A stretch of DNA of 64,000 bases from Fimbriosthenelais zetlandica (lineage: Eukaryota). A program made the translations under genes and the position numbers. The stretch covers positions 42,284,001-42,348,000 of the forward strand of contig OZ365109.1 in NCBI GenBank assembly GCA_977030845.1, written 5' to 3'. Shown piece by piece: positions 11,601 to 25,700 of this stretch; the first letter of the stretch is position 1; the number at the start of each line of letters is the position of its first letter. The notes beneath the pieces were generated by a model, which ran no database searches, was not told the DNA's origin, and saw only the letters and a program-made list of their open reading frames with translations.

Positions 11601-13002
11601 TTTACAAAGAGGAACAGAACCATTTTTTTTCAAAATGTAGTGGCCTTTGGTGTTCCTTGAGACTCCGGACTGGCACTTAAAACAAAAGACTGCCGATGAC
11701 TAACCCCCCACCCCCCACACACACCCACCATCTTCCAAACACGCGTCCCCTCTTTGTATAGTCCTATTCTGTCATTATGTTTTAACTGCGGGCTTGAAAA
11801 TATACCTGGAGCAGCATGTAACTGCATGTCCGGGGGCACTCGGAATCAAAGATGGTACTAGCTAGGGCTTGTTTCCTTTCTGTTTTTAATCATACATGTA
11901 CCCCTTTTCACATTTGCAAAGAGGAAAATTTGTTTGTTTTCCAAATTTTGTGAACTTTTATGTTGACATTAAAATAACCCTTTTCCTTGTGAGTCTATGG
12001 CGCTTGTAGCAAAACAAAAGACTGCCAATTAGTAATGCCGGGGGGCCAAAACCTTAATGGCTGAATTTGTGCGACAGAAGCCAGCCACGTACGATCGAGA
12101 TTATCACACCCATAGGTTTCACTTCAGCTGAATACATGCTTTTGTCACCTGTGTGTCAGGTGGCATGTATATGAGCCGAATACACACGTCTGGCGGAACA
12201 AAAATAATACCTATTTCTGTTTTAATTGGTAAATTTCCTGTACTACGTTACTTTTATTTTTTTGTACTGTTATTATCATCATCGCCATCTTATAATGTGT
12301 ATATTGCTGTACATATCATAATGTCGGTTTCCCATGTATCATTATTGTAACTATAACTTTTGATTTAATTCAAGGAATAAATGATTCTATGCATGTATTT
12401 CACAGGTTATACCAAATTTCATGGACAGTAAAATAATTACTACCCAAAATTATTTCAAAATTGGCTGTGATAACCTAATAACTTGTATTAAAGCTTAACC
12501 CCAAATTCGCACATTAGGGGCGACCCATATTTCGCCCCACACCTAGCTATATCCCCGATTCTATAGTCATGTTCTGTTAATATATATTTCACACATCATT
12601 CACGCACCCCAAAGTGTGAATCAATGTAATTGACTATGCTTTTCACATCTAGAACTTGGCTTGTGAGACTCAACCCACACTAGCTGTAATCTCCTATGCG
12701 GGGTGAGGCGGGCGGGTGGGTGGCGGGAGGGGGGGGGGGGGCTTATGCTAATGAGGTAGGGTAGCATTCATAGCCTTATGTTTGTTTGAATTAATTGAAG
12801 GCCAAGTATTCAAGGAAATGCCATTGAAATGCCATTGAATGTCAATTGACATAAGTGTAATTTTAAATGGCCGAAATTGGGCTAAGCGATGCGCCCCGAG
12901 AACAATAGAATTTCACTTGGCTAAATTAGGTATGTGAATTCTACGTGACATTGCGTGTTTTTTAATGGCGGTCACTTAGTTTTAATAGGATTTCTAACAG
13001 TG
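8611..13002. mobile_element. Non-autonomous CACTA/EnSpm-type DNA transposon, about 4.4 kb
   Basis: TA|CACTGTTAGAA at 8609-8621 and TTCTAACAGTG|TA at 12992-13004: 11-bp perfect TIR with TA on both sides. Both ends share subterminal motifs TTTCACTTGGC (about 8645, 8845, 12911), TATGCTAATG (8747, 12744) and GTGTTTTT(T)AAT(T)GGCG (8774, 12955). No transposase ORF seen. Confidence 0.7.
11455..12030. repeat. Diverged direct repeat, two copies about 320 bp apart, inside the CACTA-type element
   Basis: Shared blocks taactgcggg, ggggcactcgga, tagggcttgtt, tgtttttaatca, catgtacccctttt, caaagaggaa and aaaacaaaagactgcc at about 11455-11700 and about 11780-12030. Confidence 0.85.
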
Positions 13003-13355
13003 TACGGGAATATACTGTACATTGAACTTGAAAGTGCAGACGGAAACAGCCTTATAACAATTTTACTTTAGTTTCGACGGACAGACATATATATGGTATA
13101 TTGATCCCATTCTTAACTGGTTAGTAGTAGAAAGCATACATTTTCGAGTGGAGACGAAATGTCTCATGAGCAACAGAATGTAGGATTCAATTGTGTCTTC
13201 ATGGATGAATGTATGAGGAATGAAAACTCATATTTATCCACGTTTTCCATAATAATCCATGCCAAAATATTTCATTTAAAGTCCAAATTGTGATAATAAC
13301 TTTCGATATATTTAATTGTTATGTTTAACTCTTACTTAATTCTCATTTTCTCCAG

Positions 13356-13625
13356 TAGGAGGCGGGCTGTCGCTGAAACGACCAAGTCAGATCATATCGG
13401 ATACGTTACATAGGCTCAGTGTCGCCCCCTGTGTGACACCACCACCACTATCCACCTCCGCCTGACTCCTCGCTCAGTACCCACCTGCCCCCTTCACAGG
13501 AAGGGCCTCACTCGGCGAGTAAGGACGCTCTGGAGACGCTCCTCCCGGCCCAGGACTTAACCAACATAGAGGATTATTACCATAATCACCTTCCCCTCAC
13601 CCACTCACCATAGCAAAACGTCGTC
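13356..13625 (+). other. 5' UTR part of the first coding exon of the PDZ gene
   Basis: Strong acceptor ttctcattttctccag| at 13355. An in-frame TAG at 13356 lies upstream of the ATG at 13626, so an upstream non-coding exon is implied. Confidence 0.55.
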
Positions 13626-13739
13626 ATGGCAGAAATCGACGTCCTCAAGGCACAGCTCGTTCGTGAGAGCATTCACACACCATGGGGTTTCCGACTGCAA
13701 GGTGGGGTGGATATGGGTGCCCCTTTAACGATTCAAACG
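13626..13739 (+). CDS. PDZ domain, N-terminal half (exon 1)
   Basis: [38 protein letters not shown], then |GTATGT. P[WF]GFRLxGG is the ALP/Enigma PDZ signature. Confidence 0.93.
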
Positions 13740-16700
13740 GTATGTAGTTGTTACCTAATATACCTTCACTGAAAATGTTTTTGTTTGTGAAAGAAAGGAA
13801 GCTATAATATGCTAATCAAATCCATCCATACACGTTCAACTATAACAAATGGAATGGAAATGAACAGCCTATTCAGGGGTGTTGGGTTACTGACACAACC
13901 AACTGTTAGCTTTCTGTGGGCATAGCTTTTCTCACAGTAAACTATCAGCAGTGCCTTTGGATTTGCATTGGAGTGTGCAGTACAGCCTGCTTTCAACCAC
14001 TCTTCACTCGGCGGGTTATTGAAGGTGGCACCTGGCTTATGTTGTAGGGATATGTTTGCATTGCGTGGACAGTAGTGCCACGATCGTCTTAGATGCCAAA
14101 TCAGCATATGAGACACACCCCAAGCAAATATATACAAGCACTTGGAAAAACAATTATTCCATTTATCATTTTTATAGTGTAATATCTTTGTATTGCACCA
14201 AAGGCTATAACCATTTAACATGGCGGACTATAGCCTGTATAGGTATTATTTCTATTGTCTTGTTAAACATGTATAGTGCCCCCACATCTCCACCCCCCCC
14301 CCCCCCCACCCACCTCCCCACTTCCCGGAAGGGTAGATGAGGAAAGAGCAACTCCCTCCGTATAGTCTTCATGTATAGGAGTTGGAGTAGTAGGACAGAA
14401 AGGTATTTTTATCTGGCATATTTACACAACAGACCTGCTCCACTCCCTCCTCTCATCTCTCAGATTTAGTATACAACAAGGGGGGTGAATTAGTCGCTCC
14501 GGCTAAATAACAGTAGGCGTCAATTAACATAATTAAATGTTTGGATATATTATAGTTTAACAAATTAAGGATCATTTTTAGAATTATTTTCGGAATTAAT
14601 TTTGGAGGGGCTCTTAGTATTATGGGAATCACTGGGAAGTATTGAATTACTGGGAAATTGAATGGTAAGTATTCAATGTAGGTGGTCAAATTACCTTTTT
14701 ATCTTTGTTTTAAAACTATTATTTCAAACAAAAGTACTTGCCGTTCCCGATAAATTTAACAAATCCCACATTCATTCTGGCAATCATCATTGATGTCCGT
14801 CTATAATATTGACAGTAATTTTAAATACAATATTTTCTAATCGATTCATTGGTTTGATCCACGAAGATTCAATGCTCGTTAGTTTTATTAGGAAAATCAG
14901 CCACAGAAATAGTTTTTAACAAAAGGAATTGTAACGAGTACTATCAAGCCTTCTTCCATACATCTAGTAGATACATAGATCTATAGATGGTGAAAGAGTA
15001 CTGAATAAATATAAAGAGTGGATGCATGAATAAATCTTCCATTGCCTAATATTAAGATTGACATATAATTACATACATCCAATCTTATACAATTGTCATG
15101 TACACATGTCATAAATGTACTCATGTAAAGTAAGATGGAGGCCTAGGTGAATGATCGAGTAAATATCATAGACGATCATAGGTAAATATAAAGAGCGGAT
15201 GTATGAAACGATCTATTGCCCATTATAATAGCCGAACATTTTCTCAATATTTAGTAAACTTATTTTGACGTGTACATATTGTAATACATGTGTAAAGTTT
15301 GTAAGTTTTAATGGTGTTTATTATGAGGGTCTAGTTATATAGAGGAGGGAGTGTTGGATGTCGTGACCTGTGAAAATGAGGGGTCACGGATCTATCTACG
15401 ATGAGTACTGCCTCTCCCCTATAGTCCACTCCATATGATGAGCTACTACTCTATTTCCTTCTCCTTCTCCTCCTGCTGACCTAATATTACTCCTCCTGCT
15501 CTTGTTATTGCTTGTTCCTCCTCCTGCTGCTCCTCCACCTGCCCTTGTTTCTCGTACGTCGGAAGACACCTGTTCCTGTTCTCTCTTCTTANNNNNNNNN
15601 NNNNNNNNNNNNNNNNNNNNNNNNNNNNNNNNNNNNNNNNNNNNNNNNNNNNNNNNNNNNNNNNNNNNNNNNNNNNNNNNNNNNNNNNNNNNNNNNNNNN
15701 NNNNNNNNNNNNNNNNNNNNNNNNNNNNNNNNNTTTTATCCACTTAATACATTCATGTTTGTTATTATAACTTCCCCTCTTCCTTCTGTTCTCAACTTAA
15801 CACCTCCATGTATTGTTTATAATTGCACCTTCTCTTCCTTCTTTTCTCCACTTAATACATTCATGTTTATCATTAAAAATTCCCTCTTCCTTCTGTGTTC
15901 TAGTTAATGCCTCCAAGTTTATCTTTATATAACTTCCCCTCTTCCTTCTTTTTCATCTTAATACCTTCATGTTTATATCATTGCAACTTCTCTTCCGTCT
16001 GCTCGCACCACCTGCTCCCCTATACCTCCACTTCGAGGATCTTCCAGGGCCGCCGGGAGCAGCTGGTGGAAGAGTAGCTCAGGACGGTGATCTAAAATAG
16101 ACAAGTTGTACCTCTCACACTCTGGGATGTAAAAATGTACATGAATCTCCCCTCCAGGGTCCTCCTCCTACTCCCAACATCCGGTGGGCTTCCTCCATGG
16201 TCTATTCTGCTCTTTGTGTACAGCATACATCCCTATTAATGCACACATATATATCCTATAGACTTATAATACTTAGGTATATTATGTGAAATACACAATG
16301 CAACATTCACTCAGAATCCATAGAAAATGCTTTAGAAAACCAAGCATCTCAGGGCTGCATCTGGCTAAATGTTGGCTATATCATAACTCAATCTTTTAGA
16401 TTACTTATTATTTGTATCTATTGGTTTTGAGGTTCCACTCAATGACTTTTCTTTTCGAACTAGTCATTGCAGCCATTTGCAATATTATGGAAGCAGACAT
16501 TCATAAACCATGAATTGCATGATCAATGAGCATATATGTTATATTGACATTTTGCTGACTTCAGTACATTCAGGTCCCCGGCTGAAAAATAATATTATAA
16601 TTAATTAGATTTTATTCACGGAGGGAGTAGTGTGTGGTTTTGGGCTAACTGGTAGCATCCTCTCCCCCAGTTCGGTACCCATAGGGGATATAACAGGATC

Positions 16701-19700
16701 TAAATGATCTTACATCATTGCATATCCCATCCTTATTGTGGCCTACTTTTATCCTAGTGATATCCAAGAGAAATCTATAACAATGTAATTCCCTAGAAAA
16801 AATGTTTCTGTTCTTGGGAATTATATATTTTTTTATTTCGTCAGTTAAGTTTTGTATGCCTATACATGTAGTTTATACTTTAAATTGTGCATTCGTTACA
16901 TTTTAAGGATGTATCATGACTTAGCCTGTCTTTGCTTTGTGTAAAATTAAATTTCCTAGGGGCCATCTCAAAAGTTTTTTTTCCAAATTTAAAACAGTAG
17001 GTGGTGGTCCGAGACCCACTTTATGTTGTTACATGTTTTTCACACTTTAAGATAGGAGGTGAGGTGCGATGGTGGTCTGGCTCCAAGGACTAAATGAAGA
17101 AAAATCTTGCAAACATTTGAGATCGCCTCTTAGCAATACGCGTGGGAGATTCTGTTTAATGACATGCAAAATGTCTAGGCCATATAACTTTAGACCCATT
17201 ATAGATAATTGGTTAGGCTGGGTATTCGAGTGTAATGTATCGTATAGATTGCATGACAACATGTGTACAATGCATTAATACATCTTTATATACATATACA
17301 TACAATAGCCTGCTCATAAGTATGCTCCTCAATTCGCGGCGTCAATTATCTCCCTTTAACTCTTTGTCTTCACCCGTGTAGCTGACACATTTCTCTTCTC
17401 TTATTAACGCAAGTATATTAATATGCTGTTGCAATTAAAGGGGCATCCGTGATTGTTCACGTGAAGGATAGAGTAGGGTTACAGAGAAATATCCCACCGG
17501 GGTGGAGAGACATGTATGAGAGGCAGAATTTTAATATCTTATAAATAATTGTTTCCCTGAAATCAGCTAATAACTTTGGTCTCCATATGGCATGTACCCA
17601 ATGGCATTCATAGTCCTTCAAAAATTAGGGGGGGGGGGGGGACGGTTTTCTTTGTGTAGTTAAGAAATCTGACAACGTGACGCCCCTTTAAGAATGTTTT
17701 TAAAAAAAAAATCCAACTAGGTCATCTGAGTTCAGCTCGCGCACGACCTCTCCGTTAATTTGATTGATATGTACACTCAGTCGATATCAGACCCATTAGA
17801 TTTCCATTAAAGTGTCATTAAACCAGTCCTGTTGGTATTCTTAATGCAGCATAAGATAGTGCTGATCATTGCTCATCATTAGTATAATTATATTTCAGTA
17901 ATACTTTGAGCTGTATATCCTCAAAATGAAACATGAAATACCGGTATTTAAAAAATATAAATCGATGATTTTTTTGCTCATAAAGCTATGAAAACAGTAC
18001 AATGTTCACATTTGGCGATTCAACTAACATTCTGAATATAATTCATATTTGTGAAATACCACCTCAGCTCAAGAATAGATTTATGAATATATTTTAAAAA
18101 AATCTAGGTTAAGCTATCTTGCAAAGTTAGACTTTGGGAAACTTTCCGGTAATTCCTTTAGGTTGCAGAATGGGTTGAGCTGGGATTTCGCGCAGATTCG
18201 TCACTGATTATCCTTGGAAATTTCTGTCTTCCCATTTCCGGAAATTTCTCACAATATTTTGGCTCGGTGTAACCCGTTGTTTGATTATGAGTTCAGAGTA
18301 CGTGTCCTTGCCACGTACATGTACCAACAGACCTCTAGAGCTGATCAGAGTTCCGCATGCTTCCTAACCTGCCAATATTACTCAATTATCATTCCTGAAA
18401 TTTCTCACAGCATTCTTTTTGTTGTTCGCATTCTATCGGTTCATTCCAATCTCAAGGTTAAAAAATTAGATTATAGCTCGAAGAATTTAATGTAAGATTA
18501 AGTAAGTAAACCTAGCTCCAGTGTATGCAGAAATCGATCTGTATAGTTGTGGTGTTTTTATTACAAATGGTGATTTTAGGAACGCATGAATCATACATGT
18601 TTACAAACCATATAGGCTTTTAAAAGTTGCATCTGTCTATTTCCCAAGGGCGGATCCAGGTGCTGGTACGTCCTATGGGTTTCACAGGGCTGACCCCTCA
18701 ACCCTTTTCAGAAATCCTGGTCTATGTTTTCTTGATTGCTGTAAACAATCATCTTTTTATTTTTTTAAGATCAATCATTCATTACTGACTGTTAAGTAAC
18801 TGTAGTGGTTCTGGGAGTGTTCGGGTCGTGCAATTTGAAGTATTCCACTCTCATGACAACTGCCTTCAGCCCCTCTCTCTCCGTCTAGGACATACCACAG
18901 TGATAATGTCATTCTATATGGGCTTGTTTTTTGTCCACTCAACCCTCCGCCATCATCCAAGGTCCAAACAAGGACACACATGTCAACACTGACCTTTTTT
19001 CTTTCTCTATCCTTGTTGGGGAAAAGAAGCTTCAGAATAAGATATTCAAATTCATTGGGGCAGAAATGGCCCTTTCAAGGCTGAGGCAGCCGGAACCTTT
19101 ATATAGTTCCCCAGCAGAGGAATTCGCCTATACGGTCTCGTGTGTTTTCCAAGGTCCTCAAATTTGCTTCAAAGTTCATGACTGGATCGAACTCCGAATA
19201 TATGTCTACATAATTATATATCCTTACAAGTACATAAGGCAGCTGGATAATCCGTTCATTTATCTATCATTTCCTAGCTTAAATATTTGAAACTTTGAAG
19301 GAGATATTTTCAATATTTTAAGAAGATACTCTCAAGATATCCCGGAAATGTATTGTTATTTCCTGACAATAATGTAAAGGCATTCAGGTATAGAGATTGT
19401 ACGGGTGTCAGCTCTGGAGATAATCCAATTGAGAGCTGCCTCACACTGTCTGAATGTGATTGATTGTGGTCGACTGGAGAGAAAATAGTAAAGGAGATAC
19501 ATGGATATTTATTCAAGCTAATCCCTTGTAAAATAGTCCCTATAATAGGTCTATACAGGGATGAATGTTATATACTTGATATTCTGACATTGACATTATG
19601 AGATTTTGATCTTTTGAGCTATACTTGAATATGCTCATTCATTTCTATGATTATCTGCCAAGATATTAATCCATGAAAGTTCACTTCATGCAGGGTTGGA

Positions 19701-22700
19701 TAAGTCAACTTAAAATAGCTATAGTTTAACCAACGATCGAATATCACCTTCAGACTAATATAGCAATTCTGGGAAACCCCCTGAATAAGTTACTTAGTAA
19801 TCTAGCTAGAATTGAGATACTGTAAGATCAAAGGATAGGACAAAATTCAATTAAGAAAATTTAAGGTTAACTTAGGACGGGTGTACATAAATTAACCCAG
19901 CATAACTCCCAATTAAATCATCTGAGTATAATATAAAAAAAAAGGGAACAATGCCTTCTAGCTATACTATGCACCCTATTATTCAAAGGCAGGAGTACTG
20001 GCTTTCCTCTATACATCTAGTGCATTTAGAAGCAGTACCCCTTATCCCCTCTGTACTCCGTACCCTATACCCTTCCCTATTATACCCCCACCAGAGTAGC
20101 CCTCATCCCTGGCCTTTCTATACCATAAAGTAGTCAGGTATAACAGACTGGCTGTATAGAAGACTTTCTAGGTTCCGGTACTTTGTGCTACCATAATGAC
20201 ACCATTATTTTCTCCATGTAAACACACACCTGAGCTTGGGCAGGTGTTTCCTGCAGTCTCCCCCTCCTATACATAAGCCTCCCTGTCTACTTAAGCCCAA
20301 TATCCACTGGAGTTAAAAAAATATCTCATTGATTTTGCACAGTCTATACTAATGTAGTTAATTCAGTTAGAAATATTTCACTCCATAATCCGGAAACCCA
20401 TCAGCTTGAGATTCTACAGTTCCCACACTATTGCAATTCAGATAAGGCATTGATAAGATGATATGGTCATTATAATGAGTGTGAGACAGTAGCGGTGCCA
20501 ACTTGAGATTATAATAGAATTGCTGCACAATTACCTACAAGAAATACTTAGCTTATTGTTAGCCTGAGTAACATATCTTTCAATCCCAAACAATGAATTT
20601 TGACCCATGTATATGTATAATGATTCTAGAGCTTACAAGAATGGCCCGCACAGGCAACTTAATACCTGTTGTCCCTACTTTGGAACCCTAGTGGAATCTT
20701 AGAGTTATGTGGGTTCATTTTTGATGTGGGGAGTAATATTGATGTATCATAACAAAGCTGTAACAACGTCTCAAGCAAGGCGTAGGATAAATTTATAATT
20801 TAATCGCAGATATAATGTCAGAATATTTCATGTATAGACATATTAAAGGTAAACCCTAATATGATCGTATGGGCCCACAGCATAACTTCGTACGGTTCAT
20901 CAAATATTTCAGAGTTCCATTATATTGACAATCAATAGCTACTGAATGCCAATTCACAAGACGAAGTCTGATAAATGATATTTGAAATAGTCAGGTTGTC
21001 TAGAGGTAAAGGCATGTGCCTGCACTAAGCAATTGACTAGATCCGACACTGGAGAAGGGAATACCTGTGCAGAATGGGAACAACGGTTTGATTGCCATGT
21101 GATCCTATTGCAAAATCAATCATTATATTCAAACCCTCAATGCTATCAGAGCCTTTATAACACCGGGGGTTCTAACCCCCACACCACAGTCACCTCTGAT
21201 GAGGACATTCCACATTCATCTACATCAAGTTGCCATGGTAACAGTCGTTCTGCACCAGTGGTGGACCCACAAATACCCCCTGGCTACAGGGCAATCTTTT
21301 CATATGGTTGGCTGGCTTACATTTTAAACGAGATTTGCTTCATCAGTGCTCTACTTACTCGATTTGGTCATATCTCTTATTTATTAGACTAAATTAGTAA
21401 GATTGCCTTTTCCTGAATAATGTCCATATTAAATTTTGACCTTTCTCTTTCATTTTAAGGAAATAACCTTTCCTGATCATTATATGTAATTATATAGGAG
21501 TGCTACGTTTAAATGTTTGTTATTAAACCAAACAAGTGTGGATCAAATTACTAGACTAAACTGAAAGGAATAACTTTACAACATAACGACATAAAACATT
21601 AATTATATGTTGTCCTTTGCTCATGGTTCAGATGGCATAATTTCCTTCATGACCTTCAGAAGATTATAGGGATTATAGGAAAAAAAGAAGTCGTGCATTA
21701 AAAATTTATTAGGTTACCAAGACTACAAGAAACATTTATCTGCTTGCTCTGACTTCAAAAAAGTCCCTTAACAAAATAAATCACTTGCTCCAACTTCAAC
21801 ATGAAAAATAGAAGGACCCCACTTTAACTTTTAAAAAATCAGTTTTGTACTGATATTTTTTTTTTATTATTTAATATTTATAATATTTTCACTAATGATT
21901 TATAACATTAATAAATTGACCTGATCTTTAAGCTTGGTAAGTGGTTTCCTTCAGTCCTAGGCCCTGACGTCTACCTGTTTTACTCATGACCCTCGCTCCT
22001 TCATGTTCCTACAGTGTGACTAACTCTGGGACCATGTCACTGTACCTGCTGGCCTCAAGTTTTTCTTTCCATTCTGGCATCACACCAAGATATGCTGACC
22101 ACTTAACAAAATATATGAGTTGTTTTTATTTTGCTATAGTCCATATATAGGTTATTTCATCATATTGTTATGAAACTTCTCAATAATTCATTATATTAAA
22201 TATACTGCTATTTATCTGTATTCGACTACTTTTATTATTAATCAATATAATTTTCGAATGGTATAAGAATTTTACATTGGATAATTGACTGAAGAAAGAG
22301 GAAATATAAAGTAATGATTTGGTAGTTATGTATCTATAAAATATTTTATACAAACAACCTTTTCATATACAGACAAGCTTTTTGGATTAAATATACTTTT
22401 CCAAGAAAATATATACCATATGGATGTATGAAGTAACAACTTAGACCTATTGATTGTGTCAAATTCAACTTGTCCCACATCTTCATCCTACACAATGGTA
22501 GTCAAACATCTGTCTATAAAACCGATTGACTTTTGCCCACTTTTTGATCTTCCTGTTTGTACATGGTGTTAACGCTGATCCTGGTTTGGTATACCGAGTC
22601 TAACCAGAAAACAAGATCTCTACTTTAACTGTGAAGCAACAGGTGCCATAGGTGTCTGGCCCTTCCCTCTCTACTTCTCTCTCTCCCCCTCTTTCTGCCC

Positions 22701-25700
22701 CACATCCCTCTCCCTTTTCTTCCTCTCTTTCTCGCCTGTCTGCCATCCCCTGCTCATCTACTCTCCTATCTCACTCTTGAAGTCTTCTCTATACTTCTGG
22801 CACCCACCTCTGTATCTCTTGCTTTCTCTCCTCTCGCACCTAAAGCTCTTCCACCATGCGCCCCGTCTCAAAGATTTCTCTCTCTCTCTCGCTCCCCCTC
22901 AGGTGTGTTCTCAGGTTCCTTCTTTCGGGCTGTTAGCTCAGGTGAATACATAGGCACATGTTAGAGTTATGAACGATTAAATACAATTAACCTCTACCTT
23001 CTCGTTCCTTTATCCCTGAATTTTTGTCCTTGGCTGAACTTCGGAAAGGAGCACATGGTGTCAGAAAATCACGAAAAATAGCGTGATCCGTGTATAAACG
23101 AAACAACGATTTTAGAAAAATTAGTTAAAAGTTATCAAACTAACATAAATTCTGTTTCAGGGGAAAACTGGAAGATTATAATAGGGTGTAATAAACCATT
23201 AATTTTGAATTAAATGTTTACAAGGGGTCAAACAATGTTAAGATATTTTCCATCGCAACGTATGTACCTTGTTTTCTCCATTTGCAATTCTTGCCTAATA
23301 ATAAACACAAAATGTGTGTATGCGTTTTAACACCAACGCGGGTGAGAAAGGTTCAGATTGACTATAGGTTGACACCTTATCTAGAAGGGGAGCTCGGAAA
23401 ACCGACTCGAGTTACCACGGAAAAACTCCCAAAGAATGTCACATGGGTGCTAAAAGATAAATCATTTAAAACGTTTTGCCAAGCCCATTCATGGTGGCTA
23501 GCAACTGACAAATTCGCCCAAATTTACTTGTTTGTTTACTAGTTTTTGCTTCTCCGTCCTGTATAAGGGAAATTTCTCTGTCCCTTCTCTAAAATTGGAC
23601 TGTTCATAAAAAGGCCATTTATGTTACTTTAATATTACATAGAACCACATTAAAAAAATTCCCTAGTAATAAAACCAATATATAATATGGTAGTAAATTG
23701 ATAATGGAAAGCATAATGTGTAGATTATCCAGATAAATTATGGCCTTGTAATAGCGCGCATGTCCAAATTAATTCAGATAAATTACTGTCCAAATTTTGT
23801 GATGGATTCATGGGATAGGGAATTTAAATTAGAGTTGTTACTAGTGGCGTGTTGGGGCTATGTAAATGTGTGAGTGACACGTACTGTGCTAGGAACCTTT
23901 CACCCACCCCCATCCCTTCCCCCTCCCCCTCCTCCCTCACTATACCCCTCTCATCCCAGACACGACCATTAATCTGCCAGTCTTCCCAGAATCTCCCATG
24001 ACTCACCTGGTACTATATATAACTTACCCCCTGTTTTGGTCTGGGCAGGACATCATCCTTGGATCCTTATTTGGATCTGAGGGATCCAAGAACACATATT
24101 TTCTCCCCATTTGTTAACCACATTCGTTCAGGATGTTAGAAAATTCCCCTTTACCCTTAAGGTCATAGTCCATTAGTGCGAAACACAGGATTTTTGAAAG
24201 ATTTTCATGTGGCAATAACTATAAAAAAAATATAAATTCTGGTCGTAAAACGCACGAAAAATCGCACCAGTGGAACATGCCCTTCACTGATTATAGGTAC
24301 CAGTGGCAGTGAGACTACATGCAGTGTAGTCTCACTGCTGATACCAAATATGATTTATATAATGGTACATTAATTGAGCTGAATGAATTCCCCCAGGCTG
24401 AAGGGCCCATCAGATACTTACTAGGCACGGGTACATACGTACAAATATATTAATATCTATAACTGGGCTTGTTACATAATATTAATGGAGGACTACATTT
24501 GTTTGTATTTACCAAAAAGTGTGTCACTATATTGAGTATCCTCATCAAATGGCCCTTTAATAAAAGAGTGCGAGCTCATAATACTAATTTTTCAATGGAC
24601 AATTAAAGAAAAAGAGATCAATGGCATAGCAACTCATTTTTGCATTAGTTATTAGTTCGATAACAATTTAATCCGAGCATCTTAGTTTTTTTGCCTTATT
24701 ATGTAACACCCACACATCCATAAAACTTAAAAGAACCCGAGGGAATCGAAATAGTGATCTACCGACAGAATGAAAGAGGTGCTTTGACACTTAGTCCTAG
24801 AATCCATGGTCTGAATAATTTGAGTTTTACTGTCATCCCACCCACCCCCACCCACCCACTACCCCCTTTTAAGGCCTCGAGCTTGAAAACTAAGTTGTAA
24901 ACATAATGGCCCTTTGCGGTAAGACCATGCCTTTGTGGGACCCGTACATTCCAGGCATTCTCTGCCCATCAAAGAGGCATCCTTCTCCGGACCGGGTCGC
25001 CACACTTATGAATTGATTCTTTCAGAGGGGGAAATAACTGTGTTTGAGCAAGCGGCGAAGAGGTATTCATTAAATACTGTATGCCATGCTTGCTGAAGGA
25101 ACCATGAATGGTACAAGTTCAAACTTTTGTTTGGTTATCATAAATTAACTTGGCGTTCTGCTCCACTTGTTTTTGGCTCGCATTAAGACCTGGTAATATA
25201 CTAACTCGCTCTTGTTATGCCATCTTCACATTTTGTTTTCTCTCTATCACTGCCTCCTTATTATTTGTATTGGACCCGATATAATAAAGGAGGTGTCAAA
25301 CTCATGTTTGGTCAAGATCCTGTTAAAGTGGGTGTCAACAATATCCAGGTGACTGCTCTGTAAAAATGAATGGCACAGACTTATGCCCTCTTTATGTCAA
25401 ATTCAAACTGAATCGCAAACAAAGGTATATTGACTTATTCGAAGCCTTATTCTAAGCCTTGAAGCATTTTTGTTTAGATTTTCAAAAATTCCAACTTAAT
25501 ATCATAATCAGGAATATTTATCATACAGAGGACATAGGCCGCCCACTCCTCCTTAAGGCATTCCCTGAGATGTTGATGAATCTCTCTCCTATTTTTCTTC
25601 AAAATAAAACACCATACCTGTCTCCCATATATATTTAGATGAGAAGCAAAAACACAATCACCAGTCCAAGTGTACAAACATCTACATCAACGTCACTTCA

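Noticed and set aside
15396-15907. ORFs spanning the N gap
   Set aside because: Artefacts of Ns and low-complexity sequence.
14351-16628. 11-bp inverted repeat ACTCCCTCCGT resembling Stowaway termini
   Set aside because: The left flank lacks the TA duplication, there is no further similarity, and 11-bp matches at this distance are expected by chance.
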